Below, piece after piece: positions 23,598 through 37,400 of a DNA stretch of 64,000 nt (its first letter is position 1; every line of letters starts with the position of its first letter). The stretch covers positions 496,001 through 560,000 of the forward strand of contig JAYWIR010000019.1 of the NCBI GenBank assembly GCA_036172245.1, written 5' to 3'. A model generated the notes under the pieces. That model was given only the letters and a program-made list of their open reading frames with translations. It did not search any database and was not told where the DNA came from. The translations under genes and the position numbers were made by a program. This DNA is from Raillietiella orientalis. Its lineage: Eukaryota.

Positions 23598-26592
23598 CTG
23601 CAGGGGAGGCAGCAAGGAGCGGGCCGTCGCCAGGGGCAACGGAAGAAAGGGTGAGACCGTCGCGGGAGAACGGCCGCTTCCCGGGACAGCTTCAAGCGAG
23701 CGGGCTGCTCGCTGGAGGAAGCCAGTCGGTGGAGGAGGATGCCCCCCCCCCCCGCGCGCTTGCTCGCTCGTCCGGATGCGGAGGCTCGGGGGCATCCCGG
23801 TCCGCGCTCGACGCTTCCTCCAGAGGGGTTCCTCGGGAACGCACGCGAGGAAGACGGGAAAGGACAGGAAGGCAGGTTTTCCGTGGGCTGCGATCCTCCA
23901 GGAAGGACGTGGAGCTGCCAGCCGTCTCCTGGAGGGCACGATCGCACGAATCATCGTCCGATCGGTGCTGCCCTCAGGCGGGAAAAAAAAGGAAACGAAA
24001 AACAAAAACAAAAGAGGGGAGAGGAGAACATCGGGTGCCGCCGCCGCTGCCGAGATGCGGAGGCAGCCTCCGCGCGCCGGCTGAACCGACTCCCTTTGGG
24101 GTCTCCCTCCTACTCCCGCCGCCACCTTGCGGGCGGTGGACCCGAGGCGGCGGACGGCCCCTCCCTCCTTCCCCTCATTCTCCTTCCTTCCTCCTCGAGG
24201 GAGCGCGCGGAGGAGATCCCGGCTCGTCCCGGTCGCTCGGAGGCGCGTGCAAGGTGCGACAGCACGTGACACGTCCTCTTCCCGGACGATAGTCGCCAGT
24301 GGGACGAGTCCATGCCGCGGAGAGGGGTGGAGGGGACCGCTCCTAATGGGAAAGAGCTGTTGACTGTCGCAAACGTCGCAGTGGACCATTTGTGGTTTAT
24401 TTAGGGGTCCTCGTAGCTGAGACCGTAGAGGGCAGGACAGCTACCACGGCCATCCTTCTTCCTCTCATCGCCCTCCTCCTCCTCCCCTTCCCTCTCCCCC
24501 CCTTCTCGGGAACAGCTCAAAGACTGGAGGGGGGAGGACGTTCCTAATGGACGAGCGGTTCCCTCTTCGCCCGGGGAGGGGACGAGGAAGCGGCAGCGGA
24601 ACGAGCGGACTTACGGAATTTACGAGGCGCTGCCGGAGGAGGGGACAACCGAGCGCTAGGTGCACTTCCGTGGCAACCGAGGAAGCCGCAAGCGCAGCAC
24701 GGAGCCTCCGCGACCGGACGATAAGGAAATGCGCGGGAAACCGAGGGGTGCCAAGGGCGTTCCTCCCGTCGGGTGAGGATGCGCTCGCGTGGCGGCGGCG
24801 TACCACAACCCTGATGCCGGGGCGGTCTCGAGGGGCGCTGTCATCGCCCTTCGTCCCTTCCCCCCCACGGACTCACCCGAACGGGCCCTCAGGGGGCCCC
24901 GGGCGGAAGGCGGGTGTGAGACCCAGCCCGGAGGCATCCTGGGCGGGTCTGGAGACGACTCGCAGGCCGACGCTAGGGGTTCTGGAAGACTCTCCTCCCC
25001 CAAAAAGGGTGGAGTCCTCCCACCTTCCTCCCACCCCCTTCCTCCCAGGGGAGTTAACAACAAAAAAGGCGCGTCCGAGAACTTCCCTTGCTTTCCGGAA
25101 GGAGCACGGATACGACCGCTCCCCACCCAGACCTTCCCGGTGAAAGGGGAATCCCAGGGAGAGCGGATAGATCCCAAAGGCTCCCCCTCCCCGGGGGTGG
25201 TGGGAAAGCTGCGTTCAAGCCCCCCTTCCCCCCGAGACGCTACGTGCGAGGGTGTGGGGGTCCAGATAGGAGCACCCACGAACCGAAGGGCGGAACCTCT
25301 GACGGACGTTTCCGGAAGTTCGCTCGTTTTCCCTTCGGGCCGAAAAAAGATGATTTACAGTCCCTCGCGCCACGGGATGAGTGGTGGGATGGCAGCCGAT
25401 GCGCGGCGGCGAGTATTTTAAGACGCATCTCGGGATCGAAGCCCCGTTTCCAGGGTGCTCTTCCTCCTCTTTCCTTCCGGGAAGCTCAGAGGCGTGCGAC
25501 GCCCTGCGACCGAGGTCTGCGGGAGGAACGCGCGCGGAGTTCCCTCTGCCTCCTCACTCGTCCAGATAAATCACCCGCCGTCCCCGATCCGGGATGCGGA
25601 ACCAACCACTGAGAGCACGCCCTCGAGAGGGAGGACTTCCCCCCTCCCCTCTACTCGTTCCATCGACATGTCCTCAGCACTATCGCTTCTACCTCCCCCA
25701 ACCGACGTGCCCTCAGCTGCCTGTGGAGGCGACGTATGCGCGTCGGGCTCTGCGCCAAGTCCGCTCTGCACGCGCTCCTTCCGTGCCCCGGAGACGCCGC
25801 TGGACAAAGGGACGTCCCATCCCCGCCATACCGAGGAGTGCGTCAGCGCACGCGCGGCTGGCACATTCGGCGCGAGACCCTCCACGCCACCCGAGTAATC
25901 TCGGGAGGCGCGGGGAAGCTGAGCGGGAACGGGGGGTGGACGTTTGGTTGCAATCGGTGCCATCGAGCGTCGCTATCCGAGGGGCGAACGAGGTGTCTGT
26001 TTTTAGCCAGCGCGAGGCGCGCTGTGCCTTCGGCTTCGCAGATGGCAGCATTTCCCTTCCCGGATTCCCAACGGCGGCGCTGGGAAGACGGAGAGCCTCC
26101 TACCCGCCTCACCCGGAGATTTACTGGGGCGAAGGGCGCCGGGTCATATCCGGGAGCAGCTCCTCGCCGGGACGCTGCCGACGTTCCCACCGCAGCTTCC
26201 GCAGTGGGATCGCCCGAACGACTCGACTTGCGGCCCGAAGGGCGGGCCGAAATGACCGCCCTTCCTTGAGGCATCGGACCAGGAGACGGGGCTGCACCCT
26301 AACAGGGGCGAAGAAGCCTCACTAGGTTCCTCTTCTCGCACCCACAGGAGCAGCGGAAACGGGGCAAAGGACGTCCCTGTCCTGAGGCAGTGCGAGCCGG
26401 AGATCGAGGCGGACGTCCTTGCCATGGGGACGGATTGCTGGCCCCGTCGCCGAGGAGGTCATTCGAGGCTCTAGCGAGCGACCTCCTTCGGCGGGAAGCG
26501 GACTAAAGATCTCCCCTTGCCCTCTCAGACGAGCCCCGGGGAACCCTCCATCATGCCCCTGGGGTCAAGGCGGGAAGGGGGCGTGCCCTTAC

Positions 26593-26726
26593 CAGCTCCC
26601 CATTGACGAACCACTGCAGCTCGGCGGCCGGCTTGGAGTGGTGGGAAGTGCAGTTCAGCTGGACCACCTCGTTGACGTGGTAACTGGGGTACCCGCCGGA
26701 CAGGACGGGAGGGCCATCCGGGAGAT
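26593..26726 (-). CDS. Beat-family Ig protein, exon 4 (first half of C2-type Ig domain 2)
   Basis: catcccgcag|AT...CTG|gtaagg, phase 1-0. Encodes DLPDGPPVLSGGYPSYHVNEVVQLNCTSHHSKPAAELQWFVNGEL. Confidence 0.92.
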
Positions 26727-27580
26727 CTGCGGGATGAGAAAGGCAGTGCGGGGGGCAGGAGGTGGCGCCTCCGCTGGGATGAACAGCAGTGGGAGGAGGA
26801 GAGAAGCCAGGTGGAATGGCGAGGAAGAGGTCAGTCGCCCTGGGACACCCGTGAGCCCCTCTGCCGGGGAGATTCCCCAGAGGCATCCATCAGCGACCCC
26901 ATGGAGCGCCTCGGCGCATGTGCTCCACGGGGTGAACTCTGGGAGGACCACGGGTTTATCCACCCCTCCCGCCTGCCACCTCGGGAGGGAAGAGTTTCCA
27001 AGGGAAGCGTGCCTCCTTCCTCCCCCAGCTTTCCTCTCGCGGCAAAGGCGGCGGTGCACCCACAAGAAGGAGCCAACAGAAAAGCCGGCTCGCTACTCTA
27101 CCTCCCCCTTCTCGAGGAGTCCTCCGGAGCGGCGAACCGGGAGGCGTGGGGGGTGCCGCCCGGTCCCGAACCGCGGATCACCCCGATAGAGGCGGCGGCG
27201 GCGACCTCGCTCTGCCGAGGCGCATGCCCTTCTCCTCCCCGGTGCTCTCTGAGCCTCCTGTCCGTCTGAGCGGCCGCAGCTCGTGGCCACCAGCGCGGAG
27301 AGCACCACGGGAATCCAGGAGGAAGTGATGCCGGTCAGGGGAGGAGGAGGAAAAGAAAAGCGGAGGCGAGGAGGAGCAAGAAGGGAGGAGGGTAAAGAGG
27401 AGGAGGAGTGGAAGGGATGAAGAGGAGGATGAGGGAGAAGCAAGGGAGGAGGAGGAAAGGAAGAGGAAAAATGGAGGAGGAAGGGAGGAAGAGGAGGGAG
27501 AGAGGAAGAGGAGGAATAGGCGAAGTGGCCCCCAGAGGGGAGGGGAGGTCTCAGGACGCGCTCGCGCCACAAGGATTTAC

Positions 27581-27716
27581 CGACAACAGCCATGGCGCCC
27601 ACGTTGATGGCCGTCTGGAATGATGGTGCCTCGGCCGAGACTTCGCACTTGAAGCGGCCGCCGGAGGGTACATCCACCGACCTCAGTGTGACGTGGCTTT
27701 CGCCGGAGTGGGGCAG
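27581..27716 (-). CDS. Beat-family Ig protein, exon 3 (second half of V-type Ig domain 1)
   Basis: gctttccag|CTG...GTC G|gtaaat, phase 0-1. Encodes LPHSGESHVTLRSVDVPSGGRFKCEVSAEAPSFQTAINVGAMAVV, containing the Beat hallmark G.Y/F.CEVS.EAP.F.T. Confidence 0.93.
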
Positions 27717-28222
27717 CTGGAAAGCAGACAGTGCGTCGGAAATCGCCCAAGGGTGAAGTCGGGGCGGGGAAGGAAGGACGCTGCGCGGGAGACCTGCTGG
27801 CCGGGAAGGGGCCGTACCGGGACGCTCCTGGCAGAGACAAGGCTAGGTTGTCGATCCCCGACCCGTACTCTGACCACCCCCTTTCTCGCCTCAGGGTGTG
27901 GGGGGGAGAATGCAGCTGCTCACGGCGCTGATCTTAATGACCCCACGGCGTCTCCTGAGAGTTTCCTACCCTTGGAGTGAGAGGAGAAGAAAGGTGTGAT
28001 CTCCCAAAACGACACCCTACGGCGGCGCGTTTCCTGGCGCAAGAGTCCTCCTCAGGCGTCGCCAGGGAAGTGGGTCAAGCACCGCGGCAACCGTGGACCA
28101 GGTAGCAGCTGCGATCTCCCCGCGAGGGTCAGGGCGAAAGAGGTGCTTAGCGGAGAACGCGTCCGCCCACGTGGTCATCCGCGCGCGCGCAGAAGCAGCC
28201 AAAGAGACCCAAGAAGAGTTAC

Positions 28223-28428
28223 CGAGACGTTGATGCCGGAAACTGGGAACGTGAGCTGCCTGGGCCTGTCCCGGGGGACGAACCTGTAGAACTCGTCATC
28301 CTCCTTGTACCACTTGGTGGAGTACAGGGCGTCGCCCTCCAGGTCGAACTCGCACGCGAGGTGCGCGTCGTCACCGCGCACCTTGAAGGGCGGCACTGAG
28401 AAATGGGTGATCCTCACTGCAGAGGAAC
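28223..28428 (-). CDS. Beat-family Ig protein, exon 2 (first half of V-type Ig domain 1)
   Basis: cccgttgcag|GT...TCG|gtaact, phase 1-0. Encodes SSAVRITHFSVPPFKVRGDDAHLACEFDLEGDALYSTKWYKEDDEFYRFVPRDRPRQLTFPVSGINVS, containing the Beat hallmark L.C.YDL....LYS.KWYK...EFYR..P. Confidence 0.94.
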
Positions 28429-31400
28429 CTGCAACGGGAGGCAACGGTGAAGGGAATCGTCTTTTCGCCCCCTTCCCTCCTTCCAGGCGGCGACGCCCTT
28501 CCCAGGGAGGAAACGAAGAGGAGAAAGGGGAGAAAGAGAAGGGAGAGAAGGGGAGAAGAGGAAGAGAGGAAGAGAGGGAGGAAAGAAGGAAGAAAAAGAA
28601 AGGAGCACGAGCGACACCCTTCGCTACCCATCGGCACGCAGGTGGTGCGACCCCTCTGGGCGCGTCGCGCGATGGCGGCGCTCTGCCCACTAATCAGGCG
28701 CCTTCGGTCCGGCGACCTGCCCTTGCGGCAGACGCGATGCCACGCGCATCGCCGCGCGCGAGGCTCCGCCCCTGCCTGCTGCGAGGGGGCGGGAGATGAG
28801 CAGGAGGACGAAGATAGTCAGAGCAAGGATGAGGGTGGTTGTCCGGACCACGAACGCGGGCTGAGGCGCGTCCTCCGAGAGCGTCCACTCCGGGGTGCCT
28901 ACCTTGGGAGGGCGGGCGTGGTGACTGTGGGACAGACGAGAGTCCTCCTCTTTCTCGAGGGAGCCAAGCGGCCTCCTTTCTTCAGCAACTTTCCCTATCC
29001 AGGAGGCGAAGTCGGGTCTCCGCCAGCGTGCGGGTGGCCCAAGAACCGCCGGCGGAAGGAAGTCGCACATTTTCCGCGGCAGATTTCCCGTCTCGGGAGA
29101 AGAAAAGTGGAGGGGAGGAGGAGCAGGAAGGGAGGAGGGAAAAGAGGAGGGATGGAAGGGATGAAGAGGAAGGGTGAGAAGCAAGGGAGGAGGAGGAGGA
29201 GGAAAGAAAGAAGAGTGTGGGAAGAAGGGAGGAGGAACGGACGAGGAAGATTCGAATCCTGTTACCGCAGAGACCGCGCGAACCGGCCCCTCCAGGACTC
29301 CCCGGTTCCTCATGCGAATCAGCGGCACTTATCGGAAGACGCAGCTGCCAAGGATCCCCCGTGGTTTGGAGCTTCCTCGAGGGGGTCGTAGTTCAGCGTT
29401 CTCGCGCAACCACTGTCCAGGGTCACTTCTGAATAGCTGCGGAGTAGAAGCTGAGGCGGCAGAGGGAAAGGGAACGGTGGCAGAGGGCTGTCGTGCAACA
29501 GTGGCGGAAGAAATGCCGTGAAGCGGCCGCTGAGAGCAGCACCGCGCAAGAGCCGTCAAAGCGTAATGCTCGAGGATCGTCCATTAAGGCATCGGAGGGC
29601 TCTCCACAAAAATTGGAGAGAGTCACTGCTTAACAGTCGTGAAGGGTTGCTGTCGGACGGTTGCGCAGAATTTCTGCCCAGCAGCTGTCGAAAGTTGACT
29701 TTCAGCGGTCGTCGAGGGTCACTGTTCGGAATGGCTGATAATGTTCCGCCTAACGATTGTTGGAGGCTGCAGTCCGACAATCGCTTGGGATCGTTGCTTG
29801 CAACAATGATCGGAGTTTGCTTCTCGACCGCTGTCGAGAGTCGCTCTCCCAACAGTTGTCGAGGTTTCCCGTTGGGGGCACTCGCGGCGCTCGTGCGGGA
29901 TCTGCACGCTTGAGAGCGCGCAAACGAGGATGCCCTTTGGGGCGTTCCGCGCATCTGACGGCGGGGGCGCGTTCGAGGCGCCGACCCCGCGCCAGAAGGC
30001 GCTCGTGCGAGTAAGTCAACTCTCTCAGGAAGGGGGGGGAGGGGGGAAGCAGCGCTTCGGACCCCCATTGGGAAGGGTCTGCCGTACGCTCCTTTCCTTC
30101 CCTGCGTTCCTCCTTCCTTGGCTTCCTCCATCCCTCCCGCCCCTCTCTGCCTCCGGCGCGCGCGCGGGATGATTTATCCACCGGCTCCCGGTCGTAAAGT
30201 CTTCCCGGGAGAAGGGACGGCGCTTTCCCGAGAGCGATGCCCGTGAAATACGGGGGAGGAGGAGGAGGCGGCGGCGGCGCCACGTCAGCCGAAAAAGGCG
30301 GCAGAGGGGAGGAGGGGACATGCAAATCTGCGCGCTCCTCCGGGAGGACGATGAATAACGCCGCTCCTGCCGGCGACGTGTGCCGCCGTCTCCGGAAAAA
30401 GCGGACCGGGAGGGAGGAATGGAGGGGCAGATCCGGAATCGGGAAGGAGAGAGCGAACGCAGCCGGGACGCCAGCACGGAAAAGGACGGAGGCCCGCGGC
30501 CGCTGATGCTGAAGCCGTGGGGACCGGGCGCTCCCCGGGTGCAACGCCGAACCTCCGCCTCTCCCACGGTCGTCCGCACGAAGGAGGGGAGGGACGGGAG
30601 AGGGACACAGAAGCGCTTCTCTCCCTGCTCCCCCCCTCCCCAGCCCTTTTTGCTGTCCGTCTTACGGCGCTGCCTCCCCGGCTGGCCATCTTGACCCCTT
30701 GACGCCGCAATGCTCTTTCTGGCAACCGAGGCGTCGTCTCCTGAAGACGGCACCACCCCGGGGCGGTGACCTCGGACGTGAGCGCTCGCCTCTCTCCCTT
30801 TCTCTCCCTCCTGAAGGGACGAGGGGGCCTTGCGGGGAACTTCGGCCTCCTCCTTTGTTCGCCGGGAAGGCGGCGTGCAGCACTCGCACGCCCCGCCGTC
30901 CGACCTCGTCGCGGATGACGTCAGCACGGCTCGAGCGGTGTCGCGCGGCTCTCTGCACTCGCCCACCCTGCCTTTCTTGCCCAACGGGGGGGAGGGGGGT
31001 CGGTGGAGAGGTCCAGTCTTCGAAGGAAGTCTCCTCCTCTATACCGCGACCATCTCGGCAGCTGCCTTGAAAAGGGCAGCAGCCGGAGGGCGCTGGCGTA
31101 GCTCTCCCGTCCGCTTGCGACCCGGTCTGACGGGACCCCCTCGGTCTCCGGGAGAGAGGGACGGAAGAGAGGAGGGGGACAGGGAGAGAGGGTCGAGAGG
31201 GGGCGTGCGGGTTCGGTCTTGCCGCTCTCCAGGGCTTGTGCTCTTCCTCCCTGCGCATCGTCCGGGAGGTCCCCAAGACCGCTCCAGGTCTTCGCCAGAG
31301 CCCTTCCTTCGCCGTGGCATCTGTTGCGGCTATCGGCCCTCCTCCCCTCCCTTCCCTCTTCCGTGCGCCGCCCTGCAGCGACGTCCTTCCGGCTGAGAAA

Positions 31401-34400
31401 TCGCGGCGAGTGCTTCTTCTGCGAGTCCCCAGGAAGGAGAGCCCCACTCCCGCCCGAGAAAGCGGCAGACGGCTTCCGATGGCCGCCGTGCGCGCCTGCC
31501 AGCCTGCGGCGCGCAGGTAGTCAGGACTATTCCCACCGATTGTTGCGTCGTCCCCGCGGCGCTGGCCGCGTCCTCCTGTTCCTCCCACTCCTCTTCGCCC
31601 CGCGAGGTGTGGACAAGAGCTGACGGAGGAGGAGAGGGCGCCTTCCGGTCCCCGCCGCTCACGTCGCCGACGACAGACGCCGCGACGAAAGGGAACGCAG
31701 GAACGAAGAGCAGCAGGGAGGACAGGGAGGAAGGATCACCCGGTTTGCGGCCGCCCCTTCGCCTCCACGCACGCGCTCATGCATTCCTCCCCTCCCTTCA
31801 CCTTCTGTCCGGCTGGGTGGCGAGGAAATGAGGAGTCCTTCCGGTACGCGAAGGGCGTACTCTCCCTCAAGCGCTGGAGAATGGCCCCTCCCCCTGCCCC
31901 CATTGCCCATGAAGACGCGCTTACCAGAAAGGAGGGGGGGTGTCAAGGGAGGAAGGGCAACACCTGTCGTCCTGCGGGGAAGAAGCCCGGGAGGCAGATT
32001 ACTGGGGAGTTCCATTAGGAGTGCGCGGTGGGATTGCGCCGGATTAGGAGGGGAGGAAGGAGAGGACGTCACGGACCGATCGACGGATCTGAGACGCACG
32101 TGCAGCCGGTATCTGGTTGCAGCTTCCCTTGGCATTGGGAAACGCGAGGCGGGACCGTCCTCGCGTGACGACCCTCGAAGGCCCCGCTTGCCCCTCTTTC
32201 CTCGTCTTTTCTCTTCGGCCCTCGAACGGAGAGGGGTCGAGCCTAGTCGGCTCCTCGCGTCCTCTACCCCCCATCGCCACCACGGAACCATGCAGCTTCG
32301 TGCTGCACTCGGGGAGACGCTGGTGAGCATGGGCAGCAGCTCGAGGGCGTTCAGCATGCATACTCCCGCTTGTCTTCCTCCGCCTCTTTGCTCTTCATTT
32401 CCTCCTCATCCCTTCCCACCTGCGCTCCGGTGGGGGGGGGGGGGATCTCCGCTGTTGTGTTTTTTCTTCTTTTTGTCGTTCACGGCGCGCCAGTTGCATT
32501 TCCGGGATCTTCAAAGTGAGCGACGCCGAGAGAGGTAATGAGTTCGATCCTCCCCCGGGCTCTCGGCAGTTGGGAAGCATCTTAATGAGCCATCAAAATT
32601 ATGCGAAGAGGCGGAGGAGGGGAAGTCGAGCGGAGTGGAGGGGGGGAGGGGAGGAGGAATATAAAAACGGAGCTTCTCTCTTTCTTTTCATCTCCCTTAC
32701 GGCTGCCGGTGCACGCAGAGCGTGCCCATGCGGGGAGCCACGGACGTACTGGACGCCGCCGGCCTGGGACTTCCCCCTTCGTCCTTCACTTCTGGTCTCG
32801 ATGGAGACCGGAACGCTCGCGACGCCAAACAGGGAGCGGAGAGAGGTGGCGGCGGTGGGAACGTAGGCAGGATGAAGAGGAAGGCGCACAATCGCCGCGG
32901 GCGGAGACGCCGCCACACATCCGAAGCCAAAGCCCCGCGCAGCCGGCCGAGCGTGAGCGCGCGCGGCGCGCTCGAACCTATTGTTGCGTCATCGCCGCAG
33001 GTTTCCCCGCCTCACGAGGCGTGCGCACGAGCGCTCCGATTGTTGCGTCGCCGCCGTGAGGCGAGCGCGCTGCCTTCGCGCGCTCTCTTGCGTTTACGCG
33101 CCGATCGGCCGCCGTCACCGCGGAAGATCCTCACAGCGCTCGCAACGCGGAACGGTGATGCGCGCGAAGCGAGGAGAAAACCCCCCCCCCCCATTCTCCC
33201 AGTTGCTGGAGAAGCTGTCGCGCGCGTCCCGCCATCGTCCTCGTCACGTGCTTTCGGCTTCCTGCCGATCCGCGGCTCCTTACGACTAACCGGAAGTCCG
33301 CGCTTTTTTCGCTTTGCTTTTCTTCTTCTCTCTCTCTCCTTCTCTCTTCCCGCTCCGATTTTCGGTGGAACGGAAACTTCAATTTCGGGACGTGGAGAGA
33401 AACGGGAGAGCTCAGCAGCAGTAGCGGCAGCAGCGAGCGTAGAAGGCGGAAACTCCTCGTGGGATTTCCGGAGAACAGCGCTTGACGCGCGTCGCTTTTC
33501 GCGGGGCGCTCCCCAGCAGGCAGCGTGCGGGGAGAGCTGCGTGCGTGCGATCTCGGGGGTACACCGCAACGGCACGCGGCGGCGAGTGCACGGAGGGAGG
33601 TCGCTGAGGAGGCACGCCGAACGCGCACACGCGCACTCTGGCAGACGCCCCTGGCGGCAGCGGCGACGGGTCAGGTGGGAGGGGGGACCGGCGGGAGGAG
33701 AACTCTGGTGTCCCCTTTCCGCCCCAGCCTCAGGTGACGGAAGCGGCAGCTGCGAACCGATGCGGCACGTCGCCGCCCCGAGGCCCCACCTCGCGAGCGC
33801 GTTCCGGGGCTCCTCGCAGGCGACTGAAACCATGATAGCGCCCCAGACGTCCGCTGGAGGACGTTTGGAAAAGAAGGAGGAGGAAGAGTGGACCGCAGAA
33901 AAGCAAAAGTACTGAGCACCACCTCCAGCCACCCTTCCAGAGCAGAGCCTCCCGGTCGGGCGAGGAGGAAGGAGAAAAGTCGTGTTCGAACCCTCCCTGC
34001 CCTGGAGCGGAAGAGGTGGGACGAGATTTCCTCCTCCCCTCCTGTCCGTGGGTTACGTACGCGCGCGGGGCGAGGATCCCCACAGGAAGCTCGGCCTCCC
34101 AAACGGTGGGTCACGCTTGTCCACGCGAGGTTTCGAAGGGTCCCGTCACGAAGGATAGCACGGACCGCCAGAGCTGCCCCGGGACGCGCGCGCAGAGGGT
34201 GGGCGGTGGCGCCTAAAATTCCCCGTTTCGCTCTGCCCTGGGAGGGCGGGAGGACCGCGGACCCTTTCCCCCGCTTTGCATTTTCCGGGGGCATTGCCAC
34301 TTGGCCCTTCTCCAGGTCGCCGAGAGGACCGCCAGCCGCCTCACGGTATCTGTTTGAGGGCTCGCGCGAGCCCCCTCGTCCCCACCGCTCCTTCCGCCTG

Positions 34401-37400
34401 TCGCATCGTGGTAGTTGACGTCCAACGGTGCTGCAGCTACCATCCGTCCGCACCGGGGTCGGACGTTCCCTCAGGCGATTTTCGTAGGAAGGGTTCCCCC
34501 GCCTCTCCAGCGACCTCGCACCAAGGTCACGGAGCGGGGTCATAAATTTCAGAGGCGGTCCATTCCGATTGTCCCAGGACAGCATCCTGCTGCCCTCCTC
34601 CTCTTTTCTTTTCTTGATCCCGGGATCTCTTTCCTTGACATCCCGCGCGTACGCATGCGGGTACACTTCCACCCCCTCCCCACTGTTATCGCTCCCCTCT
34701 TCGGACCTGTACTGGTACAGCTCCCGCAACGATGAGAGGCCACCGTAGCCTCAGGAGCCGCGCGACCTCGGCATGGTGGATGCGGAAGGAGAGAATTTTC
34801 TCGCCTCGTATCCATCCTCTCCATCCCCATCCACCCTACCCACCTCGCGCGAGGGCGTCAGCAGCCTCCCTTGGGAAGTCAACGGCACAGCAGCTTGGTT
34901 CTCCGAGCGCCAGGGCGGTGGCCGAGGGGACGAGGCGACGACCCCGTGACCCGCCCGAAGTCCTCGGCCGCCCAACGCGGAGAGCTGGCGCGCGCCACCG
35001 GACAGGTTCCGCTGCGAATCCACCCCGAGGAAGGGAGCGATCCTCGACCTGGGTTTACTGCCACCTCCCTTTTCCACTCTCCCGCCTTTTTGGTTGCGCG
35101 TGAGCGGCGCCTTCCCATCCTTGCCTCCCCAGACAGGACACGCGGCTGTGACGCACTCGAGGGGGATGAGGAGGGGTGTGGATAAGCAGGAAGCAGGCAC
35201 AGGAAGGGAAGAATGGATGGACGAAGAGGAGAGCAGAGGACGAGGAGGAACGGAGACGAAGAAAAGAATAGACGAACAAAAGGAGGAATGGACGAAGGAG
35301 TGAGTGGACGAACAGGAGGAGGAAAGGAGGAAGGGGAGGGTGGAGACACCGGGTTGCCCGGACGCGCGCCTGAGAAAGAGGATTGGGAGGAGGAAGGGAA
35401 TCCACCCGTGGAGCCCTTTGGGTCGTATTGAAGGTGATTTACGTGCGCGAGGGGCTCTCCCCGTCCCTCGGCGAGCCGCTGCTGACGCAACCGCGGTCCT
35501 CTGCCGACGGCCTTTTTCCCGGCTCCCTGTTCCCATTCCTCCTGCCCGCCCCTATTCCGAAATGCAATCAGCGGACAATGAAATTCTTCCGCGTCCAGAT
35601 GAATCAAATCTCCCCTCCGTCCTGTCCCATCGCCGCTTGTCCTCCCGTTGCGCGCCGCCGTCCTGCGGACGTCCCCCTCCCTGCTCTCGAGGGCGGGGCG
35701 GAGTCCCGCGCTCGACCAGGAGCAGCTCGGCAAGCGAGCGCTCCGGAGGCGCCCCAGCGAAGGGGAGGAGGACCCGCAAGACTCTCGGCGAGGGGGCCGC
35801 CCTTTGTCCTTCGAGACCCCCACCCCTTCCCTACGTTCTTCCCGGAGACCGGACGCTCAAGAGCTTTCTTCTTTCTGAAAGAAACGCGAGACGGGGAGAG
35901 CAGCAGCGGGCAGGGCGACAACGGGCCCGTCTCCCTCAAGGGGGACGCAACTCCCTCCGGCGAACGCAGTCACGGTGACTGGCCTGCTGGCGTCTCCGGG
36001 ACAGGCCGTGGTCTCGTCCTCCCTACCTCGCAGCCCGCGCATCCGGAGAGCCCAGTTCGTCACTCGCCGTATCTTCCGTCTGGTGGCAATCCCAAAGGGA
36101 GACCAAGTGTCACCCAAGGATCCCCTTTCGTCTCTTTTGAAAGCGGAAAAGAGTAGGAAGGGAACAAGAAAAAGAGGGGAGGAGGAAGGGAAGAGAAGGA
36201 GGAATAGGAATAGGCGAGAAGGAAGAGGAAGAAGGGGCGAGATGAAGGAAGGGAAGAGGTGGAGGAAGGGGAAGGAAGGACGATGGAGGGAGGAGAGAAA
36301 AAGGAGAAAAAAAACGGACGACTCGAGCGAGAGCGTTTCATTTCCTCCTTCGGAGATAAAGGACCTCCCTTGGAAGCAAGGAGCGTTCCGCGGTCCGACA
36401 GAAGCTTCCTTGAGAATTCGCTGGGGATTTTGATGGGGGAGGGGATAAGAAAGACACATACACACAAAAAAAACAGGGGACCGAAGATAAAGAGAGCGTG
36501 TTTTGCTGACATGCCAGGAAAGACAGGTCCTCTCTCGTACCTCTCTCGGGAGCGAGCGAGATCCGTCCGCAAGTTTCGGGACGGAGCGGCTCCACTTCCT
36601 CCGATTGCCCCTCTCATGTCTCTGGAAGTCACGTGACTCCCCTCTCGAAAAGGACGGTTGCACGAGTGCGTCCCGCACGCAGATGGTTCTCGGTCGCCTT
36701 CGACATCCGTCTCGCCGAGGGGCATGGCGCTGCTTCCCTGGCTCCTTCCTCTACCGGGCAAACGCTGAGTCGATCCTCCCTCCGGGTTGGCCATCGGACC
36801 ACTTCCAGCGGAGGGGAGTTTCCCGCGGGACGCCGGGCGGATCACTGACGCGTCGCTCTTCCACGCGAGAAACCTTGCCGAACACTCTGTTTGCGGACCC
36901 AGAGGACGTGCGTACGCACCAAAGGTCCCTCCCGTCACAACAGGCGGCAGCAGAACTCGGCAATCGCCGCTGGCATTGTTCCAAGGAAAAGCGCTAAGTG
37001 GGCGACCCACACCGCCGTGCTCTCCTCCCAAGAGCCGCAGCCGTGCTGACGCCATCCGCTCATTCGCGGACCGCCTTGCAACAATGTCTTGACGCAACAA
37101 TGGGTGGGTCTCCGCGCTCGCGTGCCGCGTCCGTCTGGGGCGCTCGTTTCCGTCGGCGCGCACCTTAAGGTGGGCTCCTCGGAGGGGCGACGCGGCCACG
37201 TAGTGATGCCAAGTGGGGAGGATTGGTGAATCTTGGATTTTTCCATGCGCGTGCCTCGCGTGTGCCATCGCAATCTTCCGTTTTCTTGGCTCCGTTTGAT
37301 CTCGGCGGCAACCTGCAGGAAAATTAAATTCTTAGAGGTGCAGGCATTTCTGGTTGCTGTGCGACGTGTGATGTGTGATAAAGACGGGTTCCGTTTCAAT

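Larger units (their letters stand above)
27340..29205 (+). repeat. Pair of related polypurine blocks (~27340-27470 and ~29095-29205) in direct orientation
   Basis: Both contain GAGGAGGAGCA(A/G)GAAGGGAGGAGGG(T/A)AAAGAGGAGG...TGGAAGGGATGAAGAGGA...GAGAAGCAAGGGAGGAGGAGGA. Confidence 0.65.

Noticed and set aside
28715..28870. Hydrophobic TTTLILALTIFVLLLISRPLAAG as the Beat signal-peptide exon
   Set aside because: No nearby in-frame ATG, and the candidate donor is phase 0 while exon 2 needs phase 1. The exon at 41010-40956 fits better.
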